Below, in pieces: positions 62,087 to 64,000 of a DNA stretch of 64,000 bases; the stretch's first letter is position 1, and every line of letters begins with the position of its first letter. Where the stretch lies: contig CAWCBP010000001.1 of the NCBI GenBank assembly GCA_963793865.1, positions 32,001 through 96,000 on the forward strand, in the 5' to 3' direction. Under the pieces are notes generated by a model. That model did no database searches, had not been told where the DNA came from, and worked only from the letters and a program-made list of their open reading frames with translations. The position numbers and the translations under genes were made by a program. Source of the DNA: an uncultured delta proteobacterium (GTDB taxonomy: Bacteria > Desulfobacterota > WTBG01).

Positions 62087-62170
62087 GGAGTACTGGAGTA
62101 CTGGATACTCCTCCTATAGTTCGCGGCTAAAGCCGCTCCTACATCCATTACTCCACCACTCCAGTACCCC
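62087..62170. repeat. Inverted GGAGTACT octamer arrays enclosing a REP unit
   Basis: GGAGTACTGGAGTACTGGA...TCGCGGCTAAAGCCGCTCCTAC...TCCATTACTCCACCACTCCAGTAC. Confidence 0.65.
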
Positions 62171-62256
62171 GGTCTCTGACCTGCCAAGATGAATGACAAA
62201 ATTGCGAATGCATTGCTTGATGGTGGATACCACATGGTGATGTGACCATTGATCTG

Positions 62257-62316
62257 GTAGGGGCAGGCCCCTGTGCCTGCCCGATACAAAGGGCAACCAC
62301 CGGGGGTTGCCCCTAC
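62257..62316. repeat. GTAGGGGCAGG-type REP doublet
   Basis: Near-identical to 46156-46216. Confidence 0.88.
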
Positions 62317-62413
62317 ACCTTCTCGTCGCAATCCTCTTTTTTATTTGTTATACTCATTACCTTGTTTTCTCTGCACCCTGCACCCTGAACCCCTGTCCCT
62401 TTACCCCTGTTCC

Positions 62414-64000
62414 CTAGTCTTTCTTCCTGAACGCCTCCTTGTTCTGCAGCGCTTTTTCCCGCTCCTTGACGAGTGTAATGACCTGTAAAGGATCCGAACA
62501 CCTGATGATGTTCTGGCGGAATGAGCCGTCGTTGAAAATCGAGGCGATGCTGCTCAGGGTGCTCACGTAAGCGTCATGGGCTGATTCACTGGCAACCAGC
62601 AGCAGCATAATGTGCACCGGCTTCCCGTCGATGGCGTTATAATCAATGCCCTTCAAGGAAGTGCCGAGACAGATGCAGATGTCTTCGACCGCGTCGGTGC
62701 GGGCATGAGGAATGGCAATGCCGTCGCCGATGCCGGTTGATTCTATCTGCTCCCGTTCCAGCACCGCCTTCATTATTGTCTCCTGTTCTCCTGAGCGGTA
62801 GGGGGTAAGGGCGGCCTGAACCAGCTCGCGGATGGCTTCCTCCTTGGCCCTGGCCTTGAGCCGCAGGATAATCCTTTGAGGGGCGAGCTTCTTGGAGAGG
62901 GCCTCCGGCGCCAGGACGCGGGTTTTGGTCAACTCATCGCGCTCAACACGTATTGTTTCAACCTCCTGGGTAATGTCATGAGCCGGCACCTTGAGCACCG
63001 TGAGCGTTCGTGCCAGCATCGACAACCCCGCCTCATACTCCTCCTGCACAACGGCGTCAGCGCCGTGATCATATAATTCATCGAGCTCCCGGCTGAAGCG
63101 GGTGCGCACAAGGATGAAGCATTCGGGGTTAAGATCCCTGACGGTCTTGACTGTGGCTTCGGCGCTCAGGGGATCGGGCACCGTGATTGCCGCCAGCTTT
63201 GCCCGCCCGATGTTGACCCTCTTGAGCACCTCGGGGGAGGTTGCATCACCGTAAATGCAGTTTATCCCCAATCCCCGCATTTTTACTACCGTCTGGGCAT
63301 TCAATTCCAGCGCCACGAACGGTATCCCCTTGGCCTTCAAAACCCTTCCGATGGTGATGCCGATGGGACCGTAACCGCAGATGACCACATGGTTCCTGAG
63401 CGATGCTTCGGGCAGCAGGAGGTCTTCGCCCGCATCTTTACCCGGCATATGGAGCCCGGCCGCGCGCCGGCTGAGCCATTCAACGGCATGCGGGGACATT
63501 CTTATCATGAAAGGGGTAAGGGCCATGGTCAGCAGGGAGGCGGTGGTGATAAGGTAAAAAATATCTTCGCTGACAAGACGGTACTGGAACTCCATCTGGA
63601 GGATTACGAATGTGAACTCGCCCATTTGCGCCAGTCCGATACCCGTGTAGAGCGCGGTTTTAAGAGGGTAGCGCGCAATGCAGGTTGCCGCGAAGGTATA
63701 AAAAAACTTCAGCACCATGATTCCCAGGGTGACCGCCAGCACCCACCCCGGGTTGGCTATAAAGTAGCCGGGATCCAGAAGCATGCCCAGGGCCACGAAG
63801 AAGATGCACAGGAAAATGTCCCTGAAGGGCACCATCCCCGCGCGGACCTGGTAGTTGAATTCCGAATCGCTGACCACAAGCCCGGCCAGGAAGGCGCCCA
63901 GCGCAAAGGATAAACCGATGAGCTCGGTTATGAGGGCCGTGCCCAGGCAAAAGATGATGGTGCCGATGAGGAACAGCTCCTTGCCGCCGACCGAGGCAAC
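62414..64000 (-). CDS. CPA2/KefC-like cation:proton antiporter with TrkA-N (RCK) and PTS EIIA domains; 5' truncated by window edge
   Basis: LGAFLAG, PFRDIFL..FFV..GM, AQMGEF, ICGYGPIG, YGDAT and ERE..STGIG.GIAIPHAR. Confidence 0.92.
   Translation of the reverse strand, partial: VASVGGKELFLIGTIIFCLGTALITELIGLSFALGAFLAGLVVSDSEFNYQVRAGMVPFRDIFLCIFFVALGMLLDPGYFIANPGWVLAVTLGIMVLKFFYTFAATCIARYPLKTALYTGIGLAQMGEFTFVILQMEFQYRLVSEDIFYLITTASLLTMALTPFMIRMSPHAVEWLSRRAAGLHMPGKDAGEDLLLPEASLRNHVVICGYGPIGITIGRVLKAKGIPFVALELNAQTVVKMRGLGINCIYGDATSPEVLKRVNIGRAKLAAITVPDPLSAEATVKTVRDLNPECFILVRTRFSRELDELYDHGADAVVQEEYEAGLSMLARTLTVLKVPAHDITQEVETIRVERDELTKTRVLAPEALSKKLAPQRIILRLKARAKEEAIRELVQAALTPYRSGEQETIMKAVLEREQIESTGIGDGIAIPHARTDAVEDICICLGTSLKGIDYNAIDGKPVHIMLLLVASESAHDAYVSTLSSIASIFNDGSFRQNIIRCSDPLQVITLVKEREKALQNKEAFRKKD

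Overview
GC-rich bacterial chromosomal window. Its gene content (alaC-hom-apgM block, pilD with a kinase and sigma54 regulator, lepA-hemW, nrdJ, tungsten AOR, many Fe-S proteins) suggests an anaerobic deltaproteobacterium (Desulfobacterota-like); this assignment is inferred. It holds about 43 protein genes, one initiator tRNA-Met and dense intergenic palindromic repeats of several REP-like families. No transposase, integrase, CRISPR array or rRNA is visible. At least 11 genes carry 1-bp frameshifts, including housekeeping genes, which points to long-read or consensus errors. Most interesting: (1) a 2x[4Fe-4S] ferredoxin fused to a bilin-reductase (RCCR/FDBR-like) domain in an apparent non-phototroph; (2) a putative beta-1,2-glucan locus with an uncharacterised CBM-hydrolase and an ABC transporter whose ATPase motifs are all degenerate; (3) a ~3.7-kb cassette bounded by a duplicated gene 3' end next to an excisionase-like HTH gene; (4) two unrelated secreted proteins sharing a dockerin-like C-terminal motif; (5) several candidate structured RNAs. 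All family calls come from motifs recognised by eye; no searches were run.
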